Shown here: positions 24,097 through 34,614 of the stretch, piece after piece
Layout of the letters: every line of letters starts with the position of its first letter
Numbering within the stretch: position 1 is the first letter of the stretch
NCBI GenBank assembly: GCA_013153635.1
Contig: JAADDZ010000009.1
Location: 29,967 to 93,966, forward strand
Length of the DNA stretch: 64,000 nt
Reading direction: 5' to 3'
From: Aquificota bacterium
GTDB taxonomy: Bacteria > Aquificota > Aquificia > Aquificales > Hydrogenothermaceae
Program-made: the position numbers and the translations under genes
The notes under the pieces: model-generated
Seen by the model: the letters and a program-made list of their open reading frames with translations, nothing else
Told to the model about the DNA's origin: nothing
Databases searched by the model: none

Positions 24097-26511
24097 GTGG
24101 GAAAATTGCAAAGAATAGTTGTCAAGAGAGACGGAACAGAAGAAAAATTTCAGATGAAAAAGCTTATAAATGCAATATTCGCCCTTTTAGATGGGCTTGA
24201 TATACCAGATGATTACGAAATTGTTTTTAAGGTAGCAAAGGAACTTGATTTAAAAATACCCCAGAGAGTTACTACAGAAGAGTTAGATTATCTAGTTCTA
24301 AAAGCTATAGAACAGCTAATACCGAAACACCTCATATATGACACTCTTGCCTCAAGGCAACTTCTCAAAATTATAAATAGGAGAATCGATAGGAGATTTG
24401 GCTCCTTTAAAGACTATATAGAGTATGGAGTAAGACAAAATCTCCTAAAAGAAGAACTTCTTAATTTTGATATAGATTATCTAGAACAAAATATAGATTA
24501 CTCTAGAGATTCTCTCATTGACTATTTTGGACTTACCACCCTGAAAGATAGGTATCTAACTAAAGATAGAGAATTTGAAATAATAGAGAAACCACAATGG
24601 TTCTTTATGAGAGTTGCAATGGGTATAGGAAATAATGAAGAGGAAATACTAAAAATCTACAATAAAATATCTAACCTTGAGTACCTCCATTCTACTCCTA
24701 CTCTTTATAACTCGGGTACTACCACAAATCAGTATTCTAGTTGCTATGTAAACGTTATTGATGACTCTCTAGAGAGTATAATGGATAAGGCTAAAGAAAC
24801 TGCCTTCCTTGCAAAGTATGCAGGGGGAGTTGGAACTGATGTTACAAGAATAAGAGCCACAGGCTCAAAAATACATTCTCTAAATGCAAAATCTTCTGGA
24901 ATAATTCCATTCATAAAGATTTTTGACACAATAGTAAACGCTATTCAGCAAGGAGGAAGAAGAAGAAGCTCCCAAGTTATGTATCTCCAGCCTTGGCATT
25001 TAGACATAGATGCGTTTTTAGACCTAAGAGAAACTACTGGAAACCCTTATTTCAGGACACCTTCACTAAACACTGCTGTATGGATGCCAGATGAGATAAT
25101 GAGAAGAATAAAAGAAGGAGAGCCTTTGTACCTATTTGACCCAGCAGAATGTCCAGAGCTTGTAACTAGTCATGGAGAAGAGTTTACAAAACATTACTTT
25201 GAATGTATAGAAAAAGCTGAAACTGGTCAACTTAAAATGTGGAAAAAGATAGATAGCCAAGAATTCTTCAATAGATACCTATTCAAACTTGCAAAAACAG
25301 GCCACCCTTGGCTTACCTTCAAAGATAGACATAACGAGCATAACCCTTGCCCAGAGTATAGTGTTATAAATTCTAGTAACTTATGTACAGAAATCTCAAT
25401 CCCAAACTCACCAGAAAGCACAGCTGTTTGTACTCTTGCTTCGGTGAACCTTGCAAGACATATAAATGAAGACAAAACAGATATAGACTGGGATAAGCTA
25501 AAAGATACAATAGAAACAATGGTCTTAGCCCTTGATAACATATTAGACAAAAACTTCTACCCTTCAGAAGAAAGCCGAAAAAATACTATGGATTTAAGAC
25601 CCCTTGGAATAGGTCTCATGGGATTTGCTGAAGCCTTAGTAGACCTAGGTATTCCTTATGATTCTGATGCGGCTGTAGATATGGCGGAGAAGATAGCTAA
25701 GTTTATGAGAGATACTGCATACAAAAAATCCCAAAAACTTGCTGAAGAAAGAGGAGCTTTCCTACATTATGAAGAGATGAAAAAAGCAGGTAAACCCTAC
25801 CCATATCCGCCAAGAAGAAATGCAGTCTTACTAGCTATAGCACCTACCGCATCTATTTCAATAATTGCAGGGACAACTTCTTCTATAGACAGTTACTTTT
25901 CAAATATATATTCAAGAGATACTCTTTCCGGGAAATTTATTGTAATAAATAAAAAACTGATGGAAGAACTAGATAAAAAAGGTTTATGGAATGAGGAGAT
26001 AGCCGAAAAGATAAAATCTCAAGGAGGTTCAATCCAATATATACAAGAATTAGAAGGGAATATAAACAAATCTCTTTATAAAACAGCTTACGAGATTCAC
26101 CCATACAGACAGATAAAAATAGCCGCCGCATTTCAAAAATACATAGATCAAGCAGTATCCAAGTCTCTATATATAGAGGAAGACCTAAGGAATAAAATGT
26201 TTGATATATATATGTATGCTTGGGAGGAAGGCTTAAAATCTACTTACTACTGTTTTATTGATAAAACGGTAAAAGGAGAGAAATATATGCAAAAGGTGAA
26301 CAAGAGAGGTTCAAGAAGAGGATTCGGTTTACTGAAAGAAAGAGTGAAAGCTTCTCAATCAGAGAATAATCAAGAATACGAATTAAAGGAGATAGAAGAA
26401 AAAGCTAGAGAAAAATACGGAGATGAGATAGTAGAAAAAGTAAAATCTGGAAATATAGAGGCATGTCCTACAGACCCACTACTTTCAAAAATATGTCCAA
26501 GTTGTGAGTAG
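24097..26511 (+). CDS. nrdA: Ribonucleotide reductase large subunit with N-terminal ATP-cone
   Basis: ATP-cone (VVKRDGTEEKF), catalytic blocks NLCTEI and C-terminal CPSCE Cys pair. The start could be GTG 24097 or TTG 24106; the latter is 8 nt after GGAGG. Confidence 0.9.
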   Translation: MGKLQRIVVKRDGTEEKFQMKKLINAIFALLDGLDIPDDYEIVFKVAKELDLKIPQRVTTEELDYLVLKAIEQLIPKHLIYDTLASRQLLKIINRRIDRRFGSFKDYIEYGVRQNLLKEELLNFDIDYLEQNIDYSRDSLIDYFGLTTLKDRYLTKDREFEIIEKPQWFFMRVAMGIGNNEEEILKIYNKISNLEYLHSTPTLYNSGTTTNQYSSCYVNVIDDSLESIMDKAKETAFLAKYAGGVGTDVTRIRATGSKIHSLNAKSSGIIPFIKIFDTIVNAIQQGGRRRSSQVMYLQPWHLDIDAFLDLRETTGNPYFRTPSLNTAVWMPDEIMRRIKEGEPLYLFDPAECPELVTSHGEEFTKHYFECIEKAETGQLKMWKKIDSQEFFNRYLFKLAKTGHPWLTFKDRHNEHNPCPEYSVINSSNLCTEISIPNSPESTAVCTLASVNLARHINEDKTDIDWDKLKDTIETMVLALDNILDKNFYPSEESRKNTMDLRPLGIGLMGFAEALVDLGIPYDSDAAVDMAEKIAKFMRDTAYKKSQKLAEERGAFLHYEEMKKAGKPYPYPPRRNAVLLAIAPTASISIIAGTTSSIDSYFSNIYSRDTLSGKFIVINKKLMEELDKKGLWNEEIAEKIKSQGGSIQYIQELEGNINKSLYKTAYEIHPYRQIKIAAAFQKYIDQAVSKSLYIEEDLRNKMFDIYMYAWEEGLKSTYYCFIDKTVKGEKYMQKVNKRGSRRGFGLLKERVKASQSENNQEYELKEIEEKAREKYGDEIVEKVKSGNIEACPTDPLLSKICPSCE

Positions 26512-26519
26512 GAGAGAAA

Positions 26520-26666
26520 ATGGGGCAGATATATAATCCAAATGACTTTCTATGTCAGGTATGTGCATATAAAACATGTCTCCTTGAGAATAAAGGAAGA
26601 GAGCTTATAAGAAAGAAAATAAGAGATATTGAAAAGCATAAAAAGGATAAAAGGAAGAGAACTTAG
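26520..26666 (+). CDS. Possible 48-aa Cys-containing basic mini-protein
   Basis: ATG lies 5 nt after GGAG and 8 nt after the nrdA stop. Product is MGQIYNPNDFLCQVCAYKTCLLENKGRELIRKKIRDIEKHKKDKRKRT. No homology evidence. Confidence 0.25.
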   Translation: MGQIYNPNDFLCQVCAYKTCLLENKGRELIRKKIRDIEKHKKDKRKRT

Positions 26667-26803
26667 AGTTTTCTTTAGTTGATATTTATGAAAAAGAATA
26701 TTAGTATATTTTATATATTGACAAATAAAGCCAAATAAATTAGCATTATAAAAAATTTATAAACTCTGAAAGTAAATAATAACTATATTTAGGAGGTAGG
26801 AGT

Positions 26804-27754
26804 ATGAAGAAAGTTGTAGGTTTAGCAGCAGCAGGGCTACTAGCTGTATCAGCGGCAAATGCTGGGAATTTTGGAACTGCTTTTGAGGATATAACTCTCT
26901 TTGGTGGAATAGGTGCTGGGTGGTATAACGACAGAGCAGATTTTAGTATTACTACTTTGGCGGTAGGGCTTACTCACCCTGTTTCTAGTAAAAGTCCAGT
27001 AGGATTTACTGTTGCTATTGCAGATTTTGGAATTCCTGTCGTTCATTTAGACAACGAAGTTCTAAGAAATCCTTTTGGCGGTGGAGATGTTCACGATTTT
27101 GACCTTTATTTAGGATACTTCTCTCTTATGCTTGTTGAAGGAGTTACTCTTGATGCAGGTCTACTATGGCAGAACTTTGGTAACGCTCCTGTTACTATCT
27201 TAAACCCTCATATTACAAGACCTGTTGCTTTTGTAGCTCAACCTGTTTTATTTGCTGGAGCTAGAGTTAATTTTGATTTAGGTGGCTTTAAAGCTTATCT
27301 TGGTATAAACGATGGTAGTGCGCTAGGTGGAGCTCATGGAGGTGGTGTTACTGATAATGGATATGAGGCAGGAATTAAAGGAGATTTAGGTACTGTTAAA
27401 GTATCTTTAGACTATTTTAAAAACGATGACAGCTCGTCAACTATTAATGCTACTGCCGCTGGAGATGTTGGTGGAATATTACTTGCTTTAGAAATAAACA
27501 GAATTACTGATATTCCGGGAACAACTGATGATTTGACAACGGTAGCTTTAAAAGCTAATTTTGACCTTGGAAGTATCAAATTACCAGTGAGAATAGAAAA
27601 AGCTTCTGACTATGTAGATGTTACAACTTTAACTGTTACACCTACTTGGCACCCTACAAAAAATTCTTTTGTAAGAGCAGACCTCATTCTTAGAAGTGGT
27701 GATGATAAAGAAGACAGCCATAATTTAATAGCTGAATTTGGTTATCTCTTTTAA
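26804..27754 (+). CDS. Outer-membrane beta-barrel (porin-like) protein
   Basis: Signal peptide (MKKVVGLAAAGLLAVSAANA). Alternating amphipathic strands, Gly/aromatic-rich, C-terminal ...FGYLF signature. Confidence 0.6.
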   Translation: MKKVVGLAAAGLLAVSAANAGNFGTAFEDITLFGGIGAGWYNDRADFSITTLAVGLTHPVSSKSPVGFTVAIADFGIPVVHLDNEVLRNPFGGGDVHDFDLYLGYFSLMLVEGVTLDAGLLWQNFGNAPVTILNPHITRPVAFVAQPVLFAGARVNFDLGGFKAYLGINDGSALGGAHGGGVTDNGYEAGIKGDLGTVKVSLDYFKNDDSSSTINATAAGDVGGILLALEINRITDIPGTTDDLTTVALKANFDLGSIKLPVRIEKASDYVDVTTLTVTPTWHPTKNSFVRADLILRSGDDKEDSHNLIAEFGYLF

Positions 27755-27781
27755 AAGCTAAAGTATAAAATTTACTGTAAG

Positions 27782-27811
27782 CCTGTCGGGTAAAACCCGA
27801 TGGGTTTTTTA
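27782..27811 (+). terminator. Rho-independent terminator
   Basis: CCTGTCGGG-taaaa-CCCGATGGG followed by TTTTTTATTTTT. Confidence 0.7.
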
Positions 27812-27825
27812 TTTTTGAAACATTA

Positions 27826-27854
27826 TTGACACGATTGTAGTTAGGGAATATAAT
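27826..27854 (+). promoter_or_regulatory. Consensus sigma-70 promoter of tRNA-Gly
   Basis: TTGACA (27826..27831), 17 nt spacer, TATAAT (27849..27854), 13 nt before the tRNA 5' end. Confidence 0.6.
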
Positions 27855-27867
27855 ATATACCGCTTTT

Positions 27868-27942
27868 GCGAGAGTAGCTCAGCGGTAGAGCACTTCCTTG
27901 CCAAGGAAGGGGTCGCGGGTTCGAATCCCGTCTCTCGCTCCA
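27868..27942 (+). tRNA. tRNA-Gly (anticodon GCC), CCA encoded
   Basis: Acceptor stem GCGAGAG/CTCTCGC, D-arm TAGCTCAGCGGTAGAGCA, anticodon arm CTTCC-TTGCCAA-GGAAG, T-arm GCGGGTTCGAATCCCGT, then T-CCA. Stands out as a GC-rich island. Confidence 0.95.
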
Positions 27943-27943
27943 T

Positions 27944-28387
27944 TTATCCTATTTTATCTAAAACATATTCTCCGATAGGATTCTCAAATCTTTTATCTCC
28001 TAAGTGATAGGCTGTCCATAGATGTAAACATTTTATTTTAAGTGGTTTAGTTTTGAAATCTCTAATTCCTCCAATGCCTGTATTTAGTAAAACATTTTTG
28101 ATTATTTTGGCTTGCTGTGAGCTAGAATTGAAAATGTCTGGATATTTTTCTTTTAGGATTTGCTTTCTTATTTTGATTTCTAATTTGTGTAGGTTTATAA
28201 AGGTTATAAAAAGATTTTTGTCTTTGGTAAATTTTTTGGATAGGTAGATTATAGTACCTTTTTCTTCTAGTTGCGAAATTTTCTTTCTAAGGTTTTTTTC
28301 TAGTATCCAAAATCTTGTTGGGTTTGGGGTGAGTGTTTTGCTTTTTTCTATTATGTTGCTTTGAACTACTGGTTTAGTTGTTTTCAT
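27944..28387 (-). CDS. DUF501-like protein
   Basis: 147 aa. Blocks RFWILEKNLRKKISQLEEKG and GIGG...IKCLHLWTAYHL resemble the DUF501 pattern as I remember it. Confidence 0.5.
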   Translation of the reverse strand: MKTTKPVVQSNIIEKSKTLTPNPTRFWILEKNLRKKISQLEEKGTIIYLSKKFTKDKNLFITFINLHKLEIKIRKQILKEKYPDIFNSSSQQAKIIKNVLLNTGIGGIRDFKTKPLKIKCLHLWTAYHLGDKRFENPIGEYVLDKIG

Positions 28388-28967
28388 CTAAGGTGGTAAA
28401 TATGTATGATACTAGTTCTTTTATGCCTGTACCTTCTTTTGCTGATGTTAGAAATATAGGAGTGTTGTCTGGAAGGTCGAGAGTATCTTTTATCTGTTTT
28501 TTTAGTCGTGCTTTTTCACTTTGGTTTAGTTTGTCTACTTTTGTTGCTACAATCACATATGGTATTTCTAAGCTTTCAAGCCATTCTTTCATCAATATAT
28601 CTAAGTTCGTAGGTTTGTATCTGCTGTCTACAAGGAGAAGGACTAGTTTTAAATTGTCTCTATTGTAGAAATAGTTTTCTATCATTTCTTTCCATTTTTC
28701 TCTTTCTTTTTTGGAAACTGCGGCATATCCGTATCCGGGAAGGTCTACGAAGTATATCTTGTCATTTAGAGAAAAAAAGTTTACAAGTTTTGTTTTTCCG
28801 GGGTTTGCACTGACTTTTGCTATGCTCCTTTTAAAGATTGCGTTAATTAAGGAAGATTTTCCTACATTAGAACGACCTACTACCGCTACTTCTGGTTTTA
28901 CTGGTGGTGGATAATCTTTTGGTTTAACTGCACTTTTTATAAATTCTACTTTTTTTATTGTAGCCAT
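28374..28967 (-). CDS. engB: Ribosome-biogenesis GTPase EngB/YsxC/YihA
   Basis: G1 GRSNVGKSS, G3 DLPGYG, G4 TKVDK. 197 aa. Confidence 0.9.
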   Translation of the reverse strand: MATIKKVEFIKSAVKPKDYPPPVKPEVAVVGRSNVGKSSLINAIFKRSIAKVSANPGKTKLVNFFSLNDKIYFVDLPGYGYAAVSKKEREKWKEMIENYFYNRDNLKLVLLLVDSRYKPTNLDILMKEWLESLEIPYVIVATKVDKLNQSEKARLKKQIKDTLDLPDNTPIFLTSAKEGTGIKELVSYIFTTLDENN

Positions 28968-28971
28968 TTAT

Positions 28972-30201
28972 TTAGCTAGCCTTTTCATACACGAAAATTG
29001 GTTTTTTTCGTTCTTTTACAACTTCTTTATCTATTACTACTTTTTTTATTCCGGGCATGTTTGGTATTTCGTACATGATATCTAACATTATTTCTTCTAT
29101 TATAGCTCTTAGACCTCTTGCTCCTGTTCTTCTTTGAATCGCTTCTTTTGCTATTTCTCTTACTGCGTCTTCTGTGAATTCTAGTTCTACTCCTTCTAAG
29201 GCGAGGAGTTTTTTATACTGTTTTATAAGGGCATTTTTTGGTTCTGTAAGAACTTTTACTAAAGCGTCTTCATCAAGTTCTTCTAAGGTTGCTATAACTG
29301 GAATTCTTCCTACAAATTCTGGTATAAGTCCATATTGGATTAGGTCTTCTACACGTACTTTTGATAGTATATTTTTTTCTTCTTCTTTTGTTTTTATTTC
29401 TGCTCCAAATCCGATAGTTTTTTTTCCGATTCTTTTTTTGATTATTTCTTCTAAGCCTACAAAGGCTCCTCCTAATATGAACAATATGTTTGTTGTATCT
29501 ATCTGGATAAATTCTTGGTGTGGGTGTTTTCTTCCTCCTTGGGGTGGTATGTTTGCTATAGTGCCTTCTAGTATTTTTAGGAGTGCTTGCTGGACTCCTT
29601 CTCCTGAAACGTCTCTTGTTATTGATGGATTTTCACCAGATTTTTTTGCTATTTTGTCTATCTCGTCTATATAAACTATTCCTCTTTGGGCTTTTTCTAT
29701 GTCGTAGTCTGCTGACTGTACCAACCTTACTAGGATACTTTCTACATCTTCTCCTACGTATCCTGCTTCTGTTATGTTTGTTGCATCTGCTATTGCAAAG
29801 GGTACATCGAGTATTTTTGCTAATGTTCTTGCAAGCAGTGTTTTTCCTGAACCGGTAGGTCCTATTAAAAGGATGTTACTTTTTTCTAATTCTACATCTT
29901 GATCTAGTTTCCCTATCTGTTCTTGGGAGTGTATTCTTTTGTAATGGTTGTATACTGCTACTGATAGGATTTTTTTTGCTTTTTCTTGTCCTATTACGTA
30001 TTCATCAAGTTTTTCTTTTATCTGATTTGGTTTTGGGAGTGTTTTTATCTTTTTGTGGGTTTCTTCTTTTAGTTCTTCTTTTACTAGCAGGTTGCATTGG
30101 GATATACAGTCATCACATATGTATACTTCGTTGGGACCTGCTATTAAAACTTTTGCTTCTTCTTGTGTTTTTCCGCAAAAAGAGCATTTATTTTCTGTCA
30201 T
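28972..30201 (-). CDS. clpX: ATP-dependent Clp protease ATPase subunit ClpX
   Basis: N-terminal zinc finger (CSFCGK...CDDC), Walker [18 protein letters not shown], sensor blocks. Confidence 0.95.
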   Translation of the reverse strand: MTENKCSFCGKTQEEAKVLIAGPNEVYICDDCISQCNLLVKEELKEETHKKIKTLPKPNQIKEKLDEYVIGQEKAKKILSVAVYNHYKRIHSQEQIGKLDQDVELEKSNILLIGPTGSGKTLLARTLAKILDVPFAIADATNITEAGYVGEDVESILVRLVQSADYDIEKAQRGIVYIDEIDKIAKKSGENPSITRDVSGEGVQQALLKILEGTIANIPPQGGRKHPHQEFIQIDTTNILFILGGAFVGLEEIIKKRIGKKTIGFGAEIKTKEEEKNILSKVRVEDLIQYGLIPEFVGRIPVIATLEELDEDALVKVLTEPKNALIKQYKKLLALEGVELEFTEDAVREIAKEAIQRRTGARGLRAIIEEIMLDIMYEIPNMPGIKKVVIDKEVVKERKKPIFVYEKAS

Positions 30202-30806
30202 TATTTTCTTCCTTCTATTACTTTGTCTATTAATCCGTATTCTTTTGCTTCGTATGCAGACATAAAGTAGTCTCTTTCTGTGTCTTGCTCAATTTTTTCT
30301 AATGGTTGTCCAGTATTTTTTGCTAGGTGTTCGTTTAGGAGCTTTTTTAGTCTAAGTATTTCTCTGGCGTGGATTTCTATGTCTGTTGCTTGTCCCTGAA
30401 ATCCTCCCAATGGTTGATGTATCATTATTCTAGCGTTAGGTAGGGCATATCTTTTTCCTTTCGCTCCTGCCGCTAATAGAAAAGCTCCCATTGAAGCGGC
30501 TTGTCCCATACATATTGTAGATACATCTGGTTTTATATAGTTCATTGTATCGTATATGGCTAGTCCTGCGGTAACAACTCCTCCGGGTGAGTTTATGTAC
30601 ATGTATATATCTTTTTCTGGGTCTTCAGCCTCTAAGAAGAGGAGTTGTGCCACTATAAGGTTTGCTATGTGGTCATCTATAGGAAATCCAAGTAGTATAA
30701 TCCTATCTTTAAGGAGCCTTGAGTAGATGTCGTAGGCTCTCTCTCCACGAGGAGTTTGCTCTATAACTATTGGTACTAACTGATTAATAATCTTATCTAT
30801 GTCCAT
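30201..30806 (-). CDS. clpP: ATP-dependent Clp protease proteolytic subunit ClpP
   Basis: Catalytic blocks GQAASMGA and IMIHQP. Stop overlaps the clpX start by 1 nt. Confidence 0.95.
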   Translation of the reverse strand: MDIDKIINQLVPIVIEQTPRGERAYDIYSRLLKDRIILLGFPIDDHIANLIVAQLLFLEAEDPEKDIYMYINSPGGVVTAGLAIYDTMNYIKPDVSTICMGQAASMGAFLLAAGAKGKRYALPNARIMIHQPLGGFQGQATDIEIHAREILRLKKLLNEHLAKNTGQPLEKIEQDTERDYFMSAYEAKEYGLIDKVIEGRK

Positions 30807-30820
30807 ATGTTCCTCCTAGT

Positions 30821-32173
30821 TTATTCTTTTTTTTCGGTGGTTTGGTTTTCTTCTTTTTGCTGGGCTTGTGTTTTTTCTTGTTGCTGTTGTTCTTTCATTC
30901 TTTTTTCAAATTCTTCTCTAGAAATTTCTTTTATATTAGCTTTTTCTGCTATTTTTTCAAGTACTTTTTTTCTAAGTATTCCAAATGTTATATTTGGCAG
31001 TAGTCCTTGTTCTTCAAGGGTTCTTCTGATTTCTTCTGGTGTTGTGTTGTAGGCTTTTGCTAATTTTGATATTTCTTCATTTATCTCTTCTTCTGTAACT
31101 TCTATGTTTTCTTTTTCAGCTATTTTGTTTATTATGAACATCAGTCTTACGTTTTTTTGTGCTGTTGGTATTAAGTTTTCTTTTGCGGTTAGAAGCATGT
31201 CTTGATTTGGTTGTATTCCAAAAGATTGGAGTTGTCTTGCATAGTCTTGTAGTAGTGCCTCTAGCTCTGCTTCTACTAAGGTTTGAGGTACAGGGAAGTC
31301 GTATTCTTTTATTAGTTCGTCTATTATTTTTTGTTCAATTTCTCTTTTTTCGTCTTCTTTAAATCTTTTTTCTAGGTCTTCTTTTATTTTTTGTTTTGCT
31401 TCTTCTGCTGTTTCTCCTAGTCCTATTTTTTTGACAAATTCGTCATTGAATTGGGGAAGGACTTTTTTGTAAACTTCTAAGATGGTTATTGTTACATCTG
31501 CTTTTCCTTTTTCGTTTCCTTGTTCATCTAGGAGGGATATGTCTTTTATCTCTATTGTGTCTCCTTTTTTCTTACCTATTAGCTTTTCTTCTATTTCTTG
31601 TCTTAATGCTCCACTTCCTAATACTACTTCAAATTCGTCTTCTTCTTCTTCTCCTTCTTTTGATATTATGTGGTATCTAATTTTTATTTTATCTCCTTGT
31701 TCTATCTCTTTGTCTGCTGGTTCATAAGTTACATTTTGATTTAGTAGGTTTTCTATTACTTTGTTTATGTCTTCTTCTTTTACTTCTTTTTTTACTACTT
31801 CTACGTTTAATCCTTCGTATTCTTTGAGTTCAAATTCTGGTGCTATTTCGAAACTTACTTTTAGTTTTAATTCGTCTTCTCCTTTTAGCTCTACATCTCC
31901 AAAGAAAATTTGGGTAACAGGAGTTAATCCTTCTTTTTCTAAGATTTTAGGTAGATTTTCTTCTATAAATTTTCTTGCTACTTCGTCTTGTATGTGTTCT
32001 TTATATCTTGCCATGATTATAGATTTTGGCACATGACCTTTTCTAAATCCTTTTAGACTTACCTCTTTGGAAACTTCTTTTAGAACTTCTTCTACTGTTT
32101 GTTTTATTTTTTGACCTTTTTCTTGTATTGTTAGAGTTCTTACTAGCTGATTTTCTTCTACAACGACGCTCAT
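30821..32173 (-). CDS. tig: Trigger factor
   Basis: N-terminal ribosome-binding block GFRKGHVP, central FKBP-like region. 450 aa with an acidic/Q-rich tail. Confidence 0.9.
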   Translation of the reverse strand: MSVVVEENQLVRTLTIQEKGQKIKQTVEEVLKEVSKEVSLKGFRKGHVPKSIIMARYKEHIQDEVARKFIEENLPKILEKEGLTPVTQIFFGDVELKGEDELKLKVSFEIAPEFELKEYEGLNVEVVKKEVKEEDINKVIENLLNQNVTYEPADKEIEQGDKIKIRYHIISKEGEEEEDEFEVVLGSGALRQEIEEKLIGKKKGDTIEIKDISLLDEQGNEKGKADVTITILEVYKKVLPQFNDEFVKKIGLGETAEEAKQKIKEDLEKRFKEDEKREIEQKIIDELIKEYDFPVPQTLVEAELEALLQDYARQLQSFGIQPNQDMLLTAKENLIPTAQKNVRLMFIINKIAEKENIEVTEEEINEEISKLAKAYNTTPEEIRRTLEEQGLLPNITFGILRKKVLEKIAEKANIKEISREEFEKRMKEQQQQEKTQAQQKEENQTTEKKE

Positions 32174-32212
32174 TTAATTTCTCCTTTTGGTTTGGTTAAA
32201 ATCAAACAATTA

Positions 32213-32956
32213 TTATAACATTATATCTTTTACTTTTATTATTCCGTGTAATGCGTTGGTTGTGAATATGTAGTGGGCATTTTTTAGGTCTTTTATAAAG
32301 AATCTTCCTTCTACTACTGTAAACCCTTCTTTTCTTGCTTCTTGTAATATTATTTTTCTGGTTATTCCATCTAATAATCCACAGTCTATAGATGGAGTGT
32401 ATAGATATTTTCCTTTTACCCAAAAGATATTTGCTGTGGTTGTTTCTGTTATTTCGTTGTTTTCATTTAGGAATATAGCATCGTCAAAACCTTTTTCTTG
32501 AGCATATCTTTTGGCTAGTATGTTTGATTCGTAGTTTATGGATTTTACTTTTACTAGGGGGTTTGAACTGTGTCTTTTAAATGGGGCTATTGTTAAGGTT
32601 ATTTCTTTTTTTTCTGGGGGTATGTAGTCTTTTGCTATTATGAGGAGGTGGCTTTTTTGTGGTTTTGATGCGAGGTATGTATCTCCACTACCGATAAGAA
32701 TGGTTTTTATGTATAGGTCTTTGTTTTTGTGTTTTAGTACTGTGTTGTTTATCTGGTTTATATAATCTTCTATAGGAATAGGTGGTATGTTTAGGATTTT
32801 TGCTCCATTTATGAGTCTTTTGTGATGATGTTGGATATAATTTGGGAGTTTGTTTTTGTATCTAAAGGTCTCAAACACTCCTTCGCCATACATCAGTCCT
32901 CTTAGTATTTTCTTATTTAGAAATTGTTTTCCGTCAAGGGTGATAACTTCCTCCAT
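32213..32956 (-). CDS. Class IV aminotransferase-fold protein (aminodeoxychorismate lyase-like)
   Basis: YGEGVFETFR block. Short 247 aa length fits PabC-type rather than a branched-chain aminotransferase. Confidence 0.65.
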   Translation of the reverse strand: MEEVITLDGKQFLNKKILRGLMYGEGVFETFRYKNKLPNYIQHHHKRLINGAKILNIPPIPIEDYINQINNTVLKHKNKDLYIKTILIGSGDTYLASKPQKSHLLIIAKDYIPPEKKEITLTIAPFKRHSSNPLVKVKSINYESNILAKRYAQEKGFDDAIFLNENNEITETTTANIFWVKGKYLYTPSIDCGLLDGITRKIILQEARKEGFTVVEGRFFIKDLKNAHYIFTTNALHGIIKVKDIML

Positions 32957-34541
32957 TTTTTTCTCCTTTCTTATATATTACACACATTTTATCGAAACCA
33001 GACATATCTCCTTGTTGGGCTTTTATAACATATTTTAATAATGTTAATATACGCGAATCTCCTCTGTTTTTGTATATATATCCACACCATATTTTTTCTG
33101 TTTTTGGAAATTTTTTTATGTTATGTTCATAAATTATTGCTATATAGGGGATTTTGTGTTTTTTTATCTGACTTATACTCATCTTTCCGTATAGTTTCCT
33201 TTGGGCATAAAATATGAGATTGTTTAGAGATTTGTCTTCTACAAAGATGGGTATTGTTTTATCTGGAACATGCTGTAGAATCAGATTTCCAATTTCTTTG
33301 TATGGTCTATATTTTTCTACGATTGGAGAGACAAATATTACTAAAAGAAGATAAAAGCTAGTTATAAGGGCTACAGGGATATAGATTATCTTTTTGATGG
33401 CTAGTAGCAATATTACTAATAATAGAGTAAATAATAGGTATAGTGGAGATATGTTTAGGTGAATAACTCCGTATACTATGTAGGTAGCTATGTATATAGA
33501 TGGGATTAATATTGCTGTGTAGAATAGGATTCTCCAGATTTTTTGATGGTTTTTATAGTTTGTTATCATGTATCCAGCAAATATGGACAAGACTGGAAAA
33601 GCCTGTAAAAAGTAGTTTGGTATCTTTCCTGCTGAAAGGGTGAAAATAATGTACATTCCTCCTATCCATGAAAGGAAAAAAGAAAAATGTTTTGTATTTG
33701 TTTTTATAGCTGTGATGATGCCTAAAAAGGCTATCCATACAAATGGTAAGAAAGCCCACGGGAGTACTTTTATGTAATAAAGGGGTTTTAATTCTCGGAG
33801 AAACTCGTCATATCCGGTGGCTCTATGTATAGTTTCTCTGAATACTTCTTTTATAAGCCATACTCCTTGGTCTAAAAAAGCATACAGATACCACCACCCG
33901 CCTATAGTTAAGGTTAGTATTATACCTTTTGGTAGATTTAGCTTCTTTATCTCTATGGATAGATTTTCTAAAGAGCCTTTTGTTTGAAATATTAAGTACA
34001 GAAATACAATAAATCCTATGATGATGTAGTATGGGAATCCTTTTGTTAAGACGGTAAGACCTAAAAATGTATAGAACAAAGTAAGATAAGATTTTTGATT
34101 GGTTTTATAACCTTTTAAAAAAAAGTATAAGCTTGCTGTGAAGAAAAACAGTAGAGGTATTTCTGGAGCTGTATATCTTATGTTTCCTATGAACATCGGT
34201 GAAAAGGCTAATGCTAAAACACTATAAAAAGCGATACTAGGTGAGAAATATACTCTTGCTAATTTGTATGTAAACAGTATAGAAAGTATACCAAATATAA
34301 ACATTGGGAATCTTATAGCAAATTCATTTAGACCAAAGATTTTTGTGCTGACGATTATAGACCAATATGTTAAAGGAGGTTTGTGAAGTCGTGGCTCGTA
34401 GTTGTAGTATGGGATTACATAAGATTTTAGTTCTATCATTTCTCTAACACTTTCAGCGTAGAGGGCTTCATTTTTCATCCATATATCGTTTAATCCTATA
34501 TTCCATAAGGATATAAAACTAAAAACGATTCCAAATATCAC
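32934..34541 (-). CDS. GT-C fold glycosyltransferase (ArnT/PMT, family 39/83-like)
   Basis: 535 aa, more than 10 TM helices. N-terminal loop with EALYAESVREM and HKPPLTYW blocks typical of ArnT-like enzymes. Confidence 0.75.
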   Translation of the reverse strand: MIFGIVFSFISLWNIGLNDIWMKNEALYAESVREMIELKSYVIPYYNYEPRLHKPPLTYWSIIVSTKIFGLNEFAIRFPMFIFGILSILFTYKLARVYFSPSIAFYSVLALAFSPMFIGNIRYTAPEIPLLFFFTASLYFFLKGYKTNQKSYLTLFYTFLGLTVLTKGFPYYIIIGFIVFLYLIFQTKGSLENLSIEIKKLNLPKGIILTLTIGGWWYLYAFLDQGVWLIKEVFRETIHRATGYDEFLRELKPLYYIKVLPWAFLPFVWIAFLGIITAIKTNTKHFSFFLSWIGGMYIIFTLSAGKIPNYFLQAFPVLSIFAGYMITNYKNHQKIWRILFYTAILIPSIYIATYIVYGVIHLNISPLYLLFTLLLVILLLAIKKIIYIPVALITSFYLLLVIFVSPIVEKYRPYKEIGNLILQHVPDKTIPIFVEDKSLNNLIFYAQRKLYGKMSISQIKKHKIPYIAIIYEHNIKKFPKTEKIWCGYIYKNRGDSRILTLLKYVIKAQQGDMSGFDKMCVIYKKGEKNGGSYHP

Positions 34542-34614
34542 CCATTTTCTTTTCAGAATTTTTATCTCCTGTTAATTTTTTTGTTTTTAAATTACTATTT
34601 ATATAGAAATTAAA

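Noticed and set aside
24097-26511. Intein in the RNR large subunit, as occurs in some thermophile nrd genes
   Set aside because: An 804-aa length with contiguous conserved blocks leaves no room for an intein insertion. The same holds for the 329-aa NrdB.
29174-32036. Several long plus-strand ORFs (for example 29174..29674, 31482..31727, 31761..32036) antisense to clpX and tig
   Set aside because: They are Ser/Phe/Leu-rich low-complexity translations, produced by the complement of GAA/AAG/AAA-rich codons. The minus-strand genes are unambiguous.
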